Part shown: in pieces, positions 14,965 through 30,652 of the stretch
How positions within the stretch are numbered: the stretch's first letter is position 1
How the letters are laid out: the number at the start of each line of letters is the position of its first letter
NCBI RefSeq assembly: GCF_006345805.1
Contig: NC_042997.1
Coordinates: 93,434,001-93,498,000 of the forward strand
Length of the DNA: 64,000 nt
Origin: Octopus sinensis
Taxonomy: Eukaryota
Direction: 5' to 3'
The notes under the pieces: model-generated
What the model was told of the DNA's origin: nothing
The model's database searches: none
Seen by the model: the letters and a program-made list of their open reading frames with translations, nothing else
Program-made: the position numbers and the translations under genes

Positions 14965-17397
14965 ACAATGTTAACCACTCATAATATAGTCATATTTGCA
15001 TTTGATTTTAAATCTGCTTATTATCTCATAACACCTTAAACTAAAACCTTTAGTACATTGTACTCTCTGTGTGCATGTGTGTGTGCCTGTACACATATGT
15101 CTGCTTGCACACGTGTGTGCTGTTGAATGATTAGCAACAGAGAGGCCACCCAGCTTTAAACAATTATTTCAATAAAAACCACTTTTTTCATGAGAAAATT
15201 GATGTGAAACAGTAGAAATTTGCATAAAATTGCATCTGGCTTTTATTTTTTTATTTTATTATTTTTTTTTTTATATTACAGATTTTGGACAGAACATTTC
15301 TGCCTTGTTGATTGATAAACCTGAATTGCAAAAATCATTACAAATATTGTTGAAGTCACCAGAAATGTTATCTAGTGTTGTATATAACATGGCCTTGAAC
15401 GAACCTCAAGTAAGTTTCCATAATTTACATGTTTTCTCATCTTAAACAATGTAAGCAGATCGCTTTTAATATCTTCAGGTGGCAGACTGCTGGTATTATG
15501 AGATTGTTGGATAAAATCTTTTGCATTATGCTCCCTGAGTTCAAATCCCATCAAGGTGAAATTTGCATTTCATTGTTACAAAATTAATAAAATAGAGCAC
15601 CAGGGAAGTACTAAGGTTTATATAATTAACTACACTCCTGTATCAAATTTGAACCCTTATGTCTGTTGAGAAATTATCATCATCATCAGACAAAAAAATC
15701 ATAGTTTTTCTGCAACAAATTCCTGCTTGAAAGTGAGATATTGCTCAATTTCTTTGTGTGAGTGTAATGAAGTTAATAGTAGTTTGTGATGTTAGGGCAC
15801 TGATGCTCTCTCATTTTTCATCATAGAACTAAATTACAAACATTGTATCATGACTAAGAGAATTTAAATTTATGGAATGCATTTAGTTATATTTGTATAG
15901 GTTAGGCTATTAGCAATTAAATATTTTGCCAGAGTTGCAAGACCATCATGGGACACTGAATGTTGATTGTTTAGCCACATTAAAATAAACTAATTTTAAG
16001 TATGGTTATATTAGATCTGATGTGATTTCACATCAGTTATAATTCAGTTGCCAGCCTTATATTACTTTGTAAGACTTGAGTTTTAATCTAAAATTACTTT
16101 ACAGCAGGAGTAAATATGTAAAACATTTTTAATGTAAGCTATTACCTATATTTAAGATACTTATTACTAACAGTAGTAGTCTACTGGTTTGTACCATTTG
16201 AAACTAGATGAACTGAAACATTGACTTAAATATCTTTATTGGGTAAAACATAACTCTTGTAGTATACACATTTATTACTATGTTGGTAGACTGTCATTCT
16301 AATCAACAATGTTTATCATTGTAGAATAAGATCTTTTTGATTCTATCCTATAGTAACACCATAATTAATGTTTTCTTAAAATTTGGATTTTTTAGATTAC
16401 CAAAGCATTGATGAGCATAGCTGGCTCTCAAGACCCGGCCGCATCTATTTGTCAAGCAATGTCAACTGTCAAAATGGCATCTATTCCAAATTCGGATTTT
16501 GACCTCAATTCCTATATACTCAGTATTTGTTCCATCGATTTTACAAATCTAAAACTGGAATTCCTCCAGTTGTCAAGTGTACTTAATAAGGTAATAACTT
16601 TTGTTACATTGATCTCTTAAATATGTTGAGAATTATGGGGGAAATAGAAAACTTACATATTTGTTTGCTTGAGGACACAGTTACATAAATGAATCAACTT
16701 CAGCAGAAAATTAAAACCTGGTCATAGATTCAATCCACGTAGAATTCATTACTGTACATCAGCGCCTTCCTAACTGCAAAACCATCAACATTTTTCTTGT
16801 AGAAGAAAGAATTTGTGATGATTATAAGCAACATGAATGTTGTGAAAACTTTCTAAATGGGAATTAAAGCAATACTGTAAACTCATTAGTTGTAGTTCAC
16901 TATAAACTTAATATTGAACTAATTTTCACTCTTCATATGAGACACACACATGCACGCACACACACATATACATCATCATCATCATTGTTCGACTGTGGTC
17001 GAGACAATGGAATTTACTATGTTACACCAGACTTCACGGTCCATCATAGCATTACGGAGGTCCTGTTGCTGGATGCCTGTATCCCTGGAGATTACATCAG
17101 GGTAGGAGAGTGTGTGTCCTCTAGTATCATGAGCAGATGGCATCCAGAGGAGAAGAGTAGAAATTACCTCGTTTTCAGCTCTGCAACAATGTCCAGCAAA
17201 CTGGACTCTTTTACCTTTCACAAGAGATGATACAGGTGGTAGTTTCCCATATATTTGTACTTTGGTTGGTTGACGCTTCCACAAGAGATTTTGAGCTCTC
17301 ATAAGGAGGTGAGTTTAAGTTCCATCCAACTGCCTCTCAAGCTTCTTTGATACATACACACATACACAAGCACACACAAATACATATATATTACATA

Positions 17398-17480
<83 letters not shown>

Positions 17481-18139
17481 TGCAAAGAGCACCATACGAG
17501 GGTGATCGTTGACAGAGCGGCTAACCGGCTTCCGTGCCAGTGGTACATAAAAGGGCACCATTCGAGTGTAATTGTTACCAGCATTGCCTTACTGGCACTT
17601 GTGTCTGTGCTAGTAGGGTACCAAGAGCACCATCCAAGTGTGATCGTTGCCAGAGCAGCCAACTGGCTCCGTGCCGGTGGCACGTAAAAGGGCACCATTT
17701 GAGCGTGAACGTTACTGGCACCTGTGCAAAAAGATTCAAGCGAGGTCATTTCCAGTGCCGCCTGACTGGTCCCGTGCCAGTGGCATGTAAAAAGCACCCA
17801 CTACACTCTCGGAGTGGTTGGCGTTAGGAAGGGCATCCAGCTGTAGAAACTCTGCCAGATCAAGATTAGAGCCTGGTGCAGCCGTCTGGTTTGCCAGCCT
17901 TCAGTCAAAATCGTCCAACTCATGCTAGCATGGAAAGCGGCCGTTAAACGATGATGATGATGATGATATATATATATATGTACAGAAGTGGCTGTGTGGT
18001 AAGAAGCTTGCTTCCCAACCACATGTTTTTGGGTTAAGTCCCACAGTGTGGAACCTTGGGCAAGTGACTGCTACTATAGTCCTGGGCCAATCAAAGCCTT
18101 CTGAGTGGATCTGGTTGACAGAAACTGAATGAATCCTGT

Positions 18140-18181
<42 letters not shown>

Positions 18182-20857
18182 TATATATGTATGTATTTGT
18201 GTGTCTGTGTTTGTCCCCCCACCATCACTTGACAACCGATGTTGGTGTGTTTACCTCCCTGAAACTCAGCAGTTTGCAAAAGAGACCTTTAGAATAAGTA
18301 CTAGACTTACAAAAAATAAGTCCTAGGGTTGATTTGTTCTAGCATTGCTTTAGTCAAGTGACTGAAAAAAGTAAAAGAAAAAAGAATATATATATTACAT
18401 AATATATACACATATATGTGTGTGTGTGCATGCACAGGTGTGTCTAGCCATAATTCAGTCCTTTTAGTATTCTTGATTAATAAATATGTATTGATTCATT
18501 CCAGAGTAGTACAACAATCATAGCCAATAAGTTAATCTCTTTTAGATAGATCCACCGATGAATTATCAACTTCTGGGCCTAGTATATTGCATCTCCAGGT
18601 TAAACTTATAAAAAGGATTTCAGTTGAATGTTGAAAGGTAGCCAAATACTTTAAAGTTATGCAGTGCATCTATTGCATATTGCAATAAGTTGTACCTCTG
18701 AAGATACCCATTTTGTTAGATACGCTGAGCCAAAGAAAATTAAAATTTTGATCATGAATACACCTTAGGACTGGTAATAGGATACAAAAGGATGAATCTC
18801 CATTAGCCAAAGTCATTACATTGTCACTCTGTCTGCTGTAATTCTACAGTATTTTTATTGAGAAATATAAAAACCTTTTTTTTTTTCCCAATTTTACTGT
18901 GTGTTGTTTGCTTTTCAATCAAAATTGAATAACAAAATAACTAATTTTCTTTTCTTTTTTCTCTTATTTAAAAGCGTGATGCATCATCTACAGAAATCTT
19001 GGACCCCATCAATCTCCTCAATCTTGTTAAGTCAGTATGGGAGAAATTATCTGTTTTGACCAAATCTAACGAGACCAACTTCTGGGAGCCTTTGAACAAC
19101 TTATTGCAAAATCTGATTTTGCAAAGTTCTTTGTACGATGAAAATACACCGGAGCTTGAAAACATATATAAGTATGTAGATGGTTCTTGTTTTGATTGAG
19201 TTACATGTAGAAAAATAAAAAGCTTTGAATAGTGCTAGACAGATCTTTTCAATATTGTTTATATTCTCTTCCTAATAGTACAGGCTTTAATGGTTATGTA
19301 ATTAAGATGGTGGACTATGTACCACACACACACACTTACACATCTATTTGAGCTTTGCTACAACACGAAATTTTTAAAAAGTTTCTTAATTGTCATGTCA
19401 TAAGTAAATGAAAAAGAGTAAAAAAATTCTGCAATATCAAAAGAAGAAACAAAACGATAGAAAGTGTGCGAGTGAGAATAAGAATGTGTGTGTGTGTGTG
19501 TGTGCGTGTGCATGCAAGAGTGTATATTTCCATGTATATGTGTGTATGTATTTGTGTGTGTGTGTGTTTTTATGTGTGTGTCTGTGTGTTTCTGATAATA
19601 GCTTCAGAGATGGTAAGAATGGAAGATTAGTTGAAGGTTTCTCTATACTCTCTTTACTGTATTGGTCTCTTCTTTTACAGAATTATTTCTCAGATATATC
19701 ACTCGATACCAACTTTCACAAACCATAGCCAATCACCGGTGCAGAGTATTTTCACAATGCTTTTAACGATGAATGCCACAAGTATTAATGAAATGTATAC
19801 AAAATATTTTGGTAAGTTACTCAAGTTATTATTTTTAACTATTTTATTTATCTCATGTACAGTAGCAGCAAGGAATAGATTTCAGTGTAAGTGAATTTGC
19901 AGTATGCTTCTTTTCCTTTTCTGGATAAGAGACCTTTCATAAGACTTCCTCAGTAAATGTTCCTGGCAAAAATTTTGAATGCTACAATGTCCAATTCCCT
20001 TATTGTATAAATGGCTCAGTGGTTAGAGCATCGGTTTCAGTCATGAGGTAGTGATTTCAATTTCTAGACCAGGTTGTGTGTTGTGTTCTTGAGCAAGACA
20101 CTTCATTTCATGTTGCTCCAGTTTACTCACTTGCAGAAATGAGTTGTGATGTCACTGGTGTCAAGCTGTATCTGCCTTTGTCTTTCCCTTGGATAACATC
20201 AGTGGCACAGAGAGAGGAGGCTGGTATGTATGTGCAACTGCTGGACTTCTGTAAGCAACTTTTGCTGGACTTGTACCTTGGAGGGGAACTTTCTAGATGC
20301 AATCTCATAGTCATTCATGACTGAAGGGGTCTTTACTCTCTTTATGGGGCAAAATTTTTATAGGTACAGGCATGGTTTATGTGGTTAAGAGCTAGATTTG
20401 CAGCCGTGAGATTTCAGGTTCAGACCCACAGCATGGTACCTTGAACAAGTGTCTTCTATTTTGATCCCAGGTTGACCAAAGCTTTGTGAGTGAATTGGCT
20501 GATAGAATCTGTGTGGAAGATACAGGGAGAGATGTGTTTATATATATGTGTGCATTATATGTATATTATGTGTGCATATATATACACACACACATATATA
20601 CATACTTACAAGCACATACATGCATGTGTGTGCATATATATATAGCTCACAATGTATCATATATGTATATATATGATACATTGACAATATATATATCAGG
20701 CTTGGCTGTGTGGTAAGAAGACTGCCTCCCAACCACATGGTTCTGGGTTCAATCCCACTGTGTGGCACCTTGGACAGGTGTCTTCTGCTATAGCTTTGGG
20801 GTGACCAAAGTCTTGTGAGTGGATTTGGCAGACAGAAACTGAAAGAAGCCTGTTGTG

Positions 20858-20924
<67 letters not shown>

Positions 20925-23900
20925 CATATATAGATATAGATATATATAATCAAATTAAGCAACAAGGATATCCAGAGGTAATGCAGTACAATCATTTCAA
21001 GCAACTCCATTTAATCAATTACATCAATTTAAATGCAGAGTAATCCTCAGCTGCATATATATGTATGTTTATGTGTCTGTGTTTGCCTCTCTAGCATCAC
21101 TTGACAACCAATGTTGGTGTGTTTATGTCCCTGTAACTTAGCCATTCAGCAAAAGCGACTGATAGAATAAGTACTATGCTTACAAAGAATAAGTTCTGAG
21201 GTCAGTTTTCTTGACTAAAAGCACTGCTCCAGCATGGCTGCAGTCAAATGACTGAAATAAATAAAAGAATAGAAGAATATATATATACACACGTACATAT
21301 ATGTGTTAATCAAATATTTTTCAGGAGATGTCTGGAAGGAACAAAGTCTAGAAAAAAGTGTGCTGAAAGTACTTGAAAGTTTCTTTGAAGATTATTTTGA
21401 TGGCGCCATGAACCCATTAATAGTAAGTATTCTTGTGCAAGTAGTATAATGTATCTGTTTTGCAAATTTCTTTACAGTGAACTTTCTTTTGAAATACATT
21501 TTCAGCAATAAGTAGAGGAAATAGTTTATTAATTTCATGTATCAGTACAGTCAGTTAAGAGTTGAAGTCAATGAAACAGCAAAAATGACTTTGTACTACA
21601 TTAAAAGAAATATTTTCTTGTATTGTGTTTTTATTCTTCATAAACAAGACCTTTTAAAAGTGTCCTTGTTAATACTTCTGCCTTTATATTTGTTTTCTTT
21701 CTGTCTTAAATGTTATATTAACTATTTATTAAATAGCATTTGTATGACCATTTTTTCTTCTTTCTTTTTTGTTTTTGTTTTGGTTGGTGGGGATTGATTT
21801 GTTTTGTAGTTTTAGCCCTTTCTTTTTACCAATGATAGCTTGAGTTTGATAGTTTTGTAGATGCAATAGTTTTCTATTTCTGGAGCCCTTTCTAACTGCA
21901 GAACCACAAAGTCGTCAACTGCTTGCCATGTGTCAAATAGTTCAGCTTGACTCCTATTGTAACTCATTCAGTTATTATACATCACAACTACAGAATCTTA
22001 GATTACTTCATACATTAACATATGCTGTTTGTATGTAAATATAAGAATTTAATTATCTGTGGCATCTTTTAATCAGTTCTTATATAGATATGTATAAGGC
22101 AGTGTCTCACATATGTGATATAGTAAGTTGAAATACTCCAGTTAACTGAAATTATCTGTTTTATTAGAGGACAAAAATCCCCACCAAGAGTGTTTCAAAT
22201 CTAAATACACCAACTAAAGAAGATAATGACAATAATATCACCTACATGATTTTTTAAAAATAAAAATGATGCAAATATGAATTGAAAATGACTTGCAAAC
22301 TAACAGTGAAAGAACAGACATGTTTCAGTCTTATTAGATTTCATTGAAGTGCAGTTTACTCACTTGACACGAGATTTACAAGCAATCAGTATATATAGAA
22401 ATAATGACAGCAAGCTGGCAGAATTGTTAGCATGCTGGGCAAAGTGCTTAGCAACATTTTATCTGTCTTTACACTGAGTTCAAATTCTGCTGAGGTCAAC
22501 TTCACCTTTCATCCTTTCGGGGTCAATAAAATAAGTATCAGTCATGCACTGGGGTCAATGTAATCAACTTACCCCACCTACAGAATTTCTGGCCATGAGC
22601 CAAAATTTGAAATATTTAGAAATATTGGTGGCAAGCTGGCAGAATCATTAGCATGCTGGACAAAATGCTTAGTGGTATTTCATCCATCTTTACATTCTAA
22701 GTTCAAATTCTGCTGAGGTCAACTTTACCTTTCATCCTCTTGGGATTGATAAAATAAGTACCAGTTGAACACTGAGGTTGATCTAATTGACTTAGCCCCT
22801 CTCCCAAAATGTATGTATGTATGTATGTATGTATGTATGTATGTATGTAGTATGTATGTATGTATGTATGTATGTATGTATGTATGTATGTATGTATGTA
22901 TGTAGTATGTATGTATGTATGTATGTATGTATGTATGTATGTAGTATGTATGTATGTATGTATGTATGTATGTATGTATGTATGTTGTATGTATGTATGT
23001 ATGTATGTATGTATGTATGTATGTATGTATGTATGTATGTATGTAGTATGTATGTATGTATGTATGTAGTATGTATGTATGTATGTATGTATGATGTATG
23101 TATGTATGTATGTATGTATGTATGTATGTATGTATGTATGTATGTATGTATGTATGTATGTATGATGTATGTATGTATGTATGATGTATGTATGTATGTA
23201 TGGTATGTATGTATGTATGTATGTATGTAGGTATGTATGTATGTATGTATGTATGTATGTATGTATGTTGTATGTATGTATGTATGTATGTATGTATGTA
23301 TGTATGTATGTATGTATGTATGTATGTATGTATGTATGTATGTATGTATGTATGTATGTATGTATGTATGTATGTATGTATGTATGTATGTATGTATGTA
23401 TGTATGTATGTATAGGGGGAGAGTTCACGAAAAAAACAAAAGACGAAGACAGGTGGTGTGCAAAACAAACAGATGTATTAGTATAACGCTCAGGAATAGA
23501 AAAAGTCTTTTACGTTTCAAGTCTATACTCTTCTACAGAAAGGGACACAGAAAAAAAACAAGGGGCGAAAAAAAAGGAGAGAAATATATGTATGTATATA
23601 TGTATGTATTCATGCATGTATATATATATATATATATGTATGCATGAATGAATGAAGAAAAAATGTAATGACACTCTTTATGAGTATCAATAATAAGTTA
23701 GAGGGAAAAATACCTCAAGGAAGTGTTCCAATTTCTTAACACATACAGCTAGGTCTCACATATGTAATTTAGTGAGTTTATTTTTGTTACAAATTTTGTC
23801 AAACACAGTACTCCTAAACATGTTTCAACATAATAAAAATGCTACTTCTTCAATTCACAGAGGGAGTTGTTGAAACAGAAAAACGTAAGTTTCTCAGATG

Positions 23901-24255
23901 CTGACATTAAGGATGTAATTGGTTTGTTGTGGGGACAGCCATATACCAATGAGTCTATTAGCCTCCCACCTCCAGCATTCAAAATATGGCAGACAGTATT
24001 GAGTACACTCAGTAACTTAACAAGGGATGGAAAATTTGTAATGTAAGTAAATTGTTTTAGCAATTCCTCCATTTTTATTTATGCATTTAAGCTATTTAAA
24101 ACTGGTACATCCATGACAGTGTGGTGAAGAAGGTTACTTACCAAGATGTTTTTTGAGTTCAGTCCCAACACATGGCAATTTGGGTAGGTGTCTTCTACTA
24201 TAGCCTTGTGAGTGGATTTGGTAGATGGAAACTAAAAGGAGCTCATTATATATAA

Positions 24256-24302
<47 letters not shown>

Positions 24303-25765
24303 GTGTGAGAGTGTGTGTGTGAACCATTGTTCAGATATTGTGTGCTGGTTGTAAATGAGTGCCGTCATCATCATCATATGAGCAGCATTGTTTGTTTCCA
24401 GTCTTCTGTGAAAAATATATCTAGCCATGTGGAAACGTGACCTTGCTCGAAAGCTGGTAAGGATTAGCCACAGTATCACCACCCAGCTGTAGAAAATCTG
24501 CATTGACTAATTTCGCCTGTTGGCCAATTAAAGTAACACAAAACATCATAGCCAGAAATATGAGTTTTATATCCTGTGTGTCAAAACTCTCGACCAAAAA
24601 GTAAACAATTACACTGTCAGCCTGAAAGAAAACCAAGTTTAAATGCAGTTCTCATATAACATAGTTTATATGAGATAAGTTTATGGTTTCATGCTTTATT
24701 CCAGTATACTGTCACAGTATTTTATTTATTTATACAGAGTAAAATATTTTCCTCTACAAAACCACTTATAATCTTTCAATACATGTGGTGAAATATACTG
24801 AATTCACACACACACACAAAATGTATTTGTAAAATAGCAATATGTCTTATTTGACTGTCTATTTTATATGCCTACAGATATGTTAATCTATAGAGTCTAT
24901 AGTACACATCTTGCTTTACTGAAATAAACTGCTTGCTCTAAGTATGATGCTGCAAAGACATTAGTCTGTAGTGCAAAAAATTCTATTAAAAAAAAACAAA
25001 TACAAAATTCTTTTTATTAATTGAAAATTACTCTTTATCATGTTGTGTCTGGGGAGAGTCATTTTCTTTTTGTGCCTTATAATGTAACAGACTCACCAGT
25101 AAAATTTCCACTTATTTTTATTTTCCTAAAATTTTCGTTGCATCTTGCAACCTTTACAATAGTCAAGACTATTGAAAAGGTAAAATTTTCGTTTATTTCT
25201 TATAAGAAATAAAAATAAGAAATAAGTGGAAATTTTACCGGTGAGTGTGTTCCATTATAAGGCACAAAAAGAAAATGACTCTCCCCAGACACAACAGAAT
25301 ATGCTTCAACACACGAACTCATATAAACAATCTTGCAAACCAAATCAAAAAACAAAATACTCTATATCAGATGTATATTCTTTTCTGAACACTATTTTTC
25401 AGATCAAATGGAAATAAAAGCATTCTTCAACAGCATCTCATGGACATGTTGGCTACAGTACAAAGTAAGTACTTTTTATTCCACTTCTTTCAGTGTCTTT
25501 ATAATCTTTTCTTTCCAAAGTTTAACTACCTAAAATGCAAGGGAATTACTCAGAGAGACTTTGAAGATTGTCAGCTTTATCAAATAATCTAATGAAATCA
25601 ACAACTGGTGGTAACCATTTCCTTAACCTTTTACTAGCAAAAATACAAAAAAAATAATAAATTTTACATATAATAGATAGATAGATAGTTAGATGGATAG
25701 ATAGATAGATACTTCATACATACATGCATGTGTATGCAGTTATGCATGCTTACATATTTACTTGC

Positions 25766-25814
<49 letters not shown>

Positions 25815-25936
25815 TATATATTCGTTCACTTCATAACTATATATTCATATATTCATGAAAACAGCACATACATATAACAATACACAATATATTATATATA
25901 GATGTTTTCAGATATTCAAATATTTGTATGTATGGC

Positions 25937-26006
<70 letters not shown>

Positions 26007-29000
26007 TATACACACACACACATATATATATATATACACACACATATATATATATATAGCATATATGTATGTATGTATGTATGTATGTATAAAGAGAAAG
26101 AGAGATCTAGAATCATAGATATGAAGATATATGTAAATGGTGATGTAGTACCCATCAACAGATATGTAGTGCTTGCTATTAAATGGCGTTTTACTAAAAG
26201 CACCAAGCATTCTACCTATAGAACAGGCAACAGTAAGGTAGCCACACAGTTTTGTAACAGTGTTATTTCTATGTACAGGATAATACGGTACCTCGACCCC
26301 AAAATGTTGTCCTGCTGTTCATGAAATACTAGTGTTGACTTTTATACAGGGTCTATGAAAAATTCCCAATCTTTTTGTCAAAATTAGGGGGTTGACTTTT
26401 ACATGAGATCAACTATTACTCACGTATGTATGTATGTATGTATGTATGTATGTATGTATGTATGTATGTATGTATGTATGTATGTATGTATGCATGTATG
26501 TACAGAGAGTGTTTGGGCTGAATTTGATAGTTTCCATTAACAGAAAAAAGAAACACAATATCCCACCCAAAAATAAAAGTATTTTTTAAAAATCAAAAAA
26601 ATATCTATGTTATGACTGCGTGATAACAGTTAATTCAAAGTAGCTACCTTCAGCCTCCACTACAGCCTCAAGAAGGCTCCATAACCTGGCACATGCATTC
26701 CTCACTGTATTCCTGGGAAGATTGTCAAACATCTCCTTGATCTTAGCCACTAGTTTGGGTTTGGTGTTGTAAGAAAGCAGTTGGTGTCTTTGTCAACCAT
26801 GCCCACACATAGTAATCCATGAGATTACTATGGGATTACTAATTCAAGAGAATTAGGGGGCCAGAAATTAGGTCTGGAGAAGTTGTAAAAATTCTACAAC
26901 ACCCACTTCTGACTCTTTCTGGAGGTATGGCAAGGAGTCAAATCTTGCTGCTACACATATGACCTTCCTGCTGCAATCTTCTCCAGTCTGGGTTTAACCA
27001 TAGTTTCCAGCAGCCCTGTGATACTAGAGACATACCCAAAGACAATCACTGTTTAGGGGAACTTGGTTTTCTTGATGTCCATGTCACATCTTACAGCTTT
27101 TACAGTGTTCACAGAGCAATGTGCAACATTCATGATATTAGCGTTTTGATCACTTGGTCAAATTATCATGATACAGGTAACTTTCTTCCAATATTCAGAT
27201 GATTTCCAGCCCTCCATGTTGGCTAACTTTTTCTTAACCATAACTTTAATCATTATGCTCTCCAATGCTGTTGACTGTTCAGCAATATATCAAGCTGCTC
27301 TTGAAGATAAAAGTGGCAAAATAATCATCAATTTAATTCAAACACCCTGTATGTATGTATGCATGTATGCATGCATACATGTATGTATGTATGTATGTAT
27401 GTATGTATGTATGTATGTATGTATGTATGTTTTTGATACATAGTTTCAACATTTGGTCAGTTTTCTAGCTTCATAAGCATAATCTTATTAACATCATAAT
27501 TTTTTTTCTTTTGGTTTTTTACAGACCAATTTCAATACACAGACATGAGAAAATTCACAATGCTTTTGTCTAAAGCATATAACATCAGTGATAAAACAGT
27601 GGCATTGTTATTAAATAATACAGATGTAGTGAGTATTTCTTCATCTTTTTCATGAATAATTTAAGCCATGTTATTTTATAAAATGAATAATTTTCATGTA
27701 GTCGTAATTAGAGGCTACTTAATAGACAGTAAATGTTTCTAGATTTAATTCAATACAGTATAGTTAGCATCAAGCTGATTAGTCTAGTCATATTCACAGT
27801 TAAATCACAGTTATTAATTTGTGGAATTTAGTTAATGTATTTTAAAGAACATACTGTCTTCTAAATACTAATGTTAGATATTTCATACAAAAGGAATTCA
27901 AAGTTAAAAATTTTAGTCTTCTACCTAAATCACACTTGTATACTGTTTAACATTTAGCATTTGGGTTACTCTGTCAAATTTAGTGCTTTGTTTTGAATTA
28001 ATCATGCATTATCCTGCAACTTTGAGACCCCAATAGTGTGATTGTTTACTTTGGGTATGACATTATAGGGTAGGTGAGAGAGAATGGATTTGGCCAACTT
28101 GAACATAAAACAAGTAGAATTTTTTGTTTGGACGTGGTCACTTTAAATGCTAAAGGGTTAATTACCAGGAAATGTAATTTTTTTTTTTTTTTGCATTTTT
28201 ACTAACTAACTAAGTTATTTAAATATCCTTGAAATCATATCAATGATACAAAATAAAATATTTTCTCAAATTATGAAAAATATACCTCTGGTGGTTGTGA
28301 GGTGGTTAATGTTTTTTAACAGACAAAACATCAGACCTACTAAAATATTATGTAATTCCTCATCATGCATGGTATTGCTGATATTTTGAGTTATTCCAGG
28401 GCAGCAAGCTGACAGAATTGGTAGCATGCTAGGCAAAATGCTCATCAGCATTTTATCTGTTTTTATGTTCTGAATTCAAATTCTGCCAAAGTTGACTTTA
28501 CCTTTCATCCTTTCAGGCTCAATAAAATAAGTACTAGTTGAGCACTGGTGTCATTGTAATCAACTTACCCCATCCCCCGTAATTGCTGGCATTGTGCCAA
28601 AATTTAAAATCAATATTTTGCGTAATTCTTTGGTCTTCACCTGAATTAATAATATTATTATCATCAGGTGTCAACAAAAAATAATCTTAAGGGAAATATT
28701 ATCTTTGATAAGTGTCAATTACTAAAGATTCTTTGGCTATAAATTATTACCATTTCCCAAATAGAGTAAGATCAGTTTATTGCTTCTTTTTTTTTCTATT
28801 TGAATACTCCATTAGTCATTTTAGCTAGAAAAAAGGAAATATGATAGAACAGGTACTAACTATCTTCTTCAGGAAGGATTATAGAAGAATTTGAACCAAT
28901 AGCTAGAAACTAATGAAACAAAATGAAATCATTTATGCATTACCTCTGGGGTTAAAACACTGAATTATACAGCTCTTAGTGCATATTTAAATTTTCTTGT

Positions 29001-30599
29001 AATTATCTATGAAGAATTAAGGATTTAGAATGCAGTATAATGTTGGCAATGTAATATGACCCATTTATCTATCAGCTACTAGGTTATAATATTTTCATGA
29101 CAATCACTTGGAACTTTTTTTAATTACCTAGTGGAAGGAAGAGGGTTGTACTAGTAATATTTGCATGTTTCTCAATGGTAATGTTGATGTGGTTGATATT
29201 TAACTTAAATCAAATATTAGCAACAGACCTTAACAGACCTTAAGTCTTCAACTGTTGTATTGTACCTCCGGTCAAAGCACATTACTCACCGTATTTCAGT
29301 TTCACTGATATTACAGCAGAGTGGTTAGTGATGGGAAAGACAAACAGCTATAAAAACATTTGCTCCAACAATGGAAAAATGGATGTAAAACAATTTTCTC
29401 AAATATTGGCATAATGTCCTAGACACAACAAAATTTTCTCACAGCAAGAATTAATTTACTCAAATCAAAATATTTATCTAAAGCTATTTATTCATTCCAA
29501 CATTACTACATACTTTCCTTGTGTATCTTTTAGCTGTCAAAGATTCTCATGATGGACTCAAATCTTAAGGAACATTGTTACAATGGAACATTTAACAAGT
29601 TTTTAACCAAAGAAGCATCAAAATATAATAACATACCAAAAGAAATACTGAGTATTATCAATTCCACATTTTGCAGCAATTTTGACTTTTACTCTGCCCT
29701 TGTCAAATTGTATGACTCTCAATATTTGGAAGAAAAGGTAAAATTTCCCAGACAATTTACTTAATTCAGTATATCTTTTTATAAAGCTTCTGATTCATCT
29801 GATTCTCATTCATCATTCTTTCTATTTTTAATGTGTACCAAAATTATTTTAGTGTTCTAATGATTTCTTTATAGAAATAGAATAAAAAATATTTGATATT
29901 GGTTTATGATTTTGTTCTCATTTTGCCTTACAGATCAATAGCTTCTTCAGTAACCAAAGTGGTGAAGATTTTATGAGGAAAATTATTTTAGATCAAGTAA
30001 AAATTTTGCAGGAGATAATTCCAAACTTGTCAGGTTTGGGATCTAACACATTTGTCAATGAAATAATGAGCAGTTTTAATGCCAGCAGCAATAGGTATAT
30101 TTTCCTCCTTTTCATCATCATTATCATCATCAGTTTTTCATCTTTATATATTGACATTGATAAAACAAGTCTATAATACAGCAGCTTTCCTGGCATCTTT
30201 GTTCTGTTCAAGGAATTTCATAAGGTTCAAACATGGTTTTTATTATACTTGGTCCTTCCTATTGTTTATGATCATCTGAGACGTTAAAATATTTTTAGTG
30301 TAACATCACTAGTAGCAAACATGTCTTTCAAGCATATACCTATACTATAACAAAAGATGCTTATTAGTTACTTATAAGTAACTTTTACTGAAAGAAAGTA
30401 ATTATTAAAGTCTACACTGTCTAAAAAATTCTTAAAGATTCCAATTTTAATATATATTCTATCAAAATGTTGTTTTCATACATTGTTTATTATTGAAGAT
30501 TTCAGTCATAAAACTAATTTTATTTCAACATGATATAATGTTTTTTAAACATCTTACATCTGTATCCCTTTTTTTCTATCTCATTTCTTTGCAATGTAC

Positions 30600-30652
<53 letters not shown>

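Noticed and set aside
22168-22257. Candidate missing phase 0-0 exon
   Set aside because: Runs into a stop without a donor and has no Cys pair.
22313-22352. Additional hammerhead-like remnant (minus strand ..GACTGAAACATGTC)
   Set aside because: The core CUGANGA is too degenerate to support.
22703-23647. Long ORFs (241-247 aa, HTYI/YVCM)
   Set aside because: Translation of a stop-free (TATG)n microsatellite.
25163-25179. Possible 17-nt microexon (ag|TCAAGACTATTGAAAAG|gt)
   Set aside because: Gives a stop in the incoming phase; exons 15 and 16 already join in frame.
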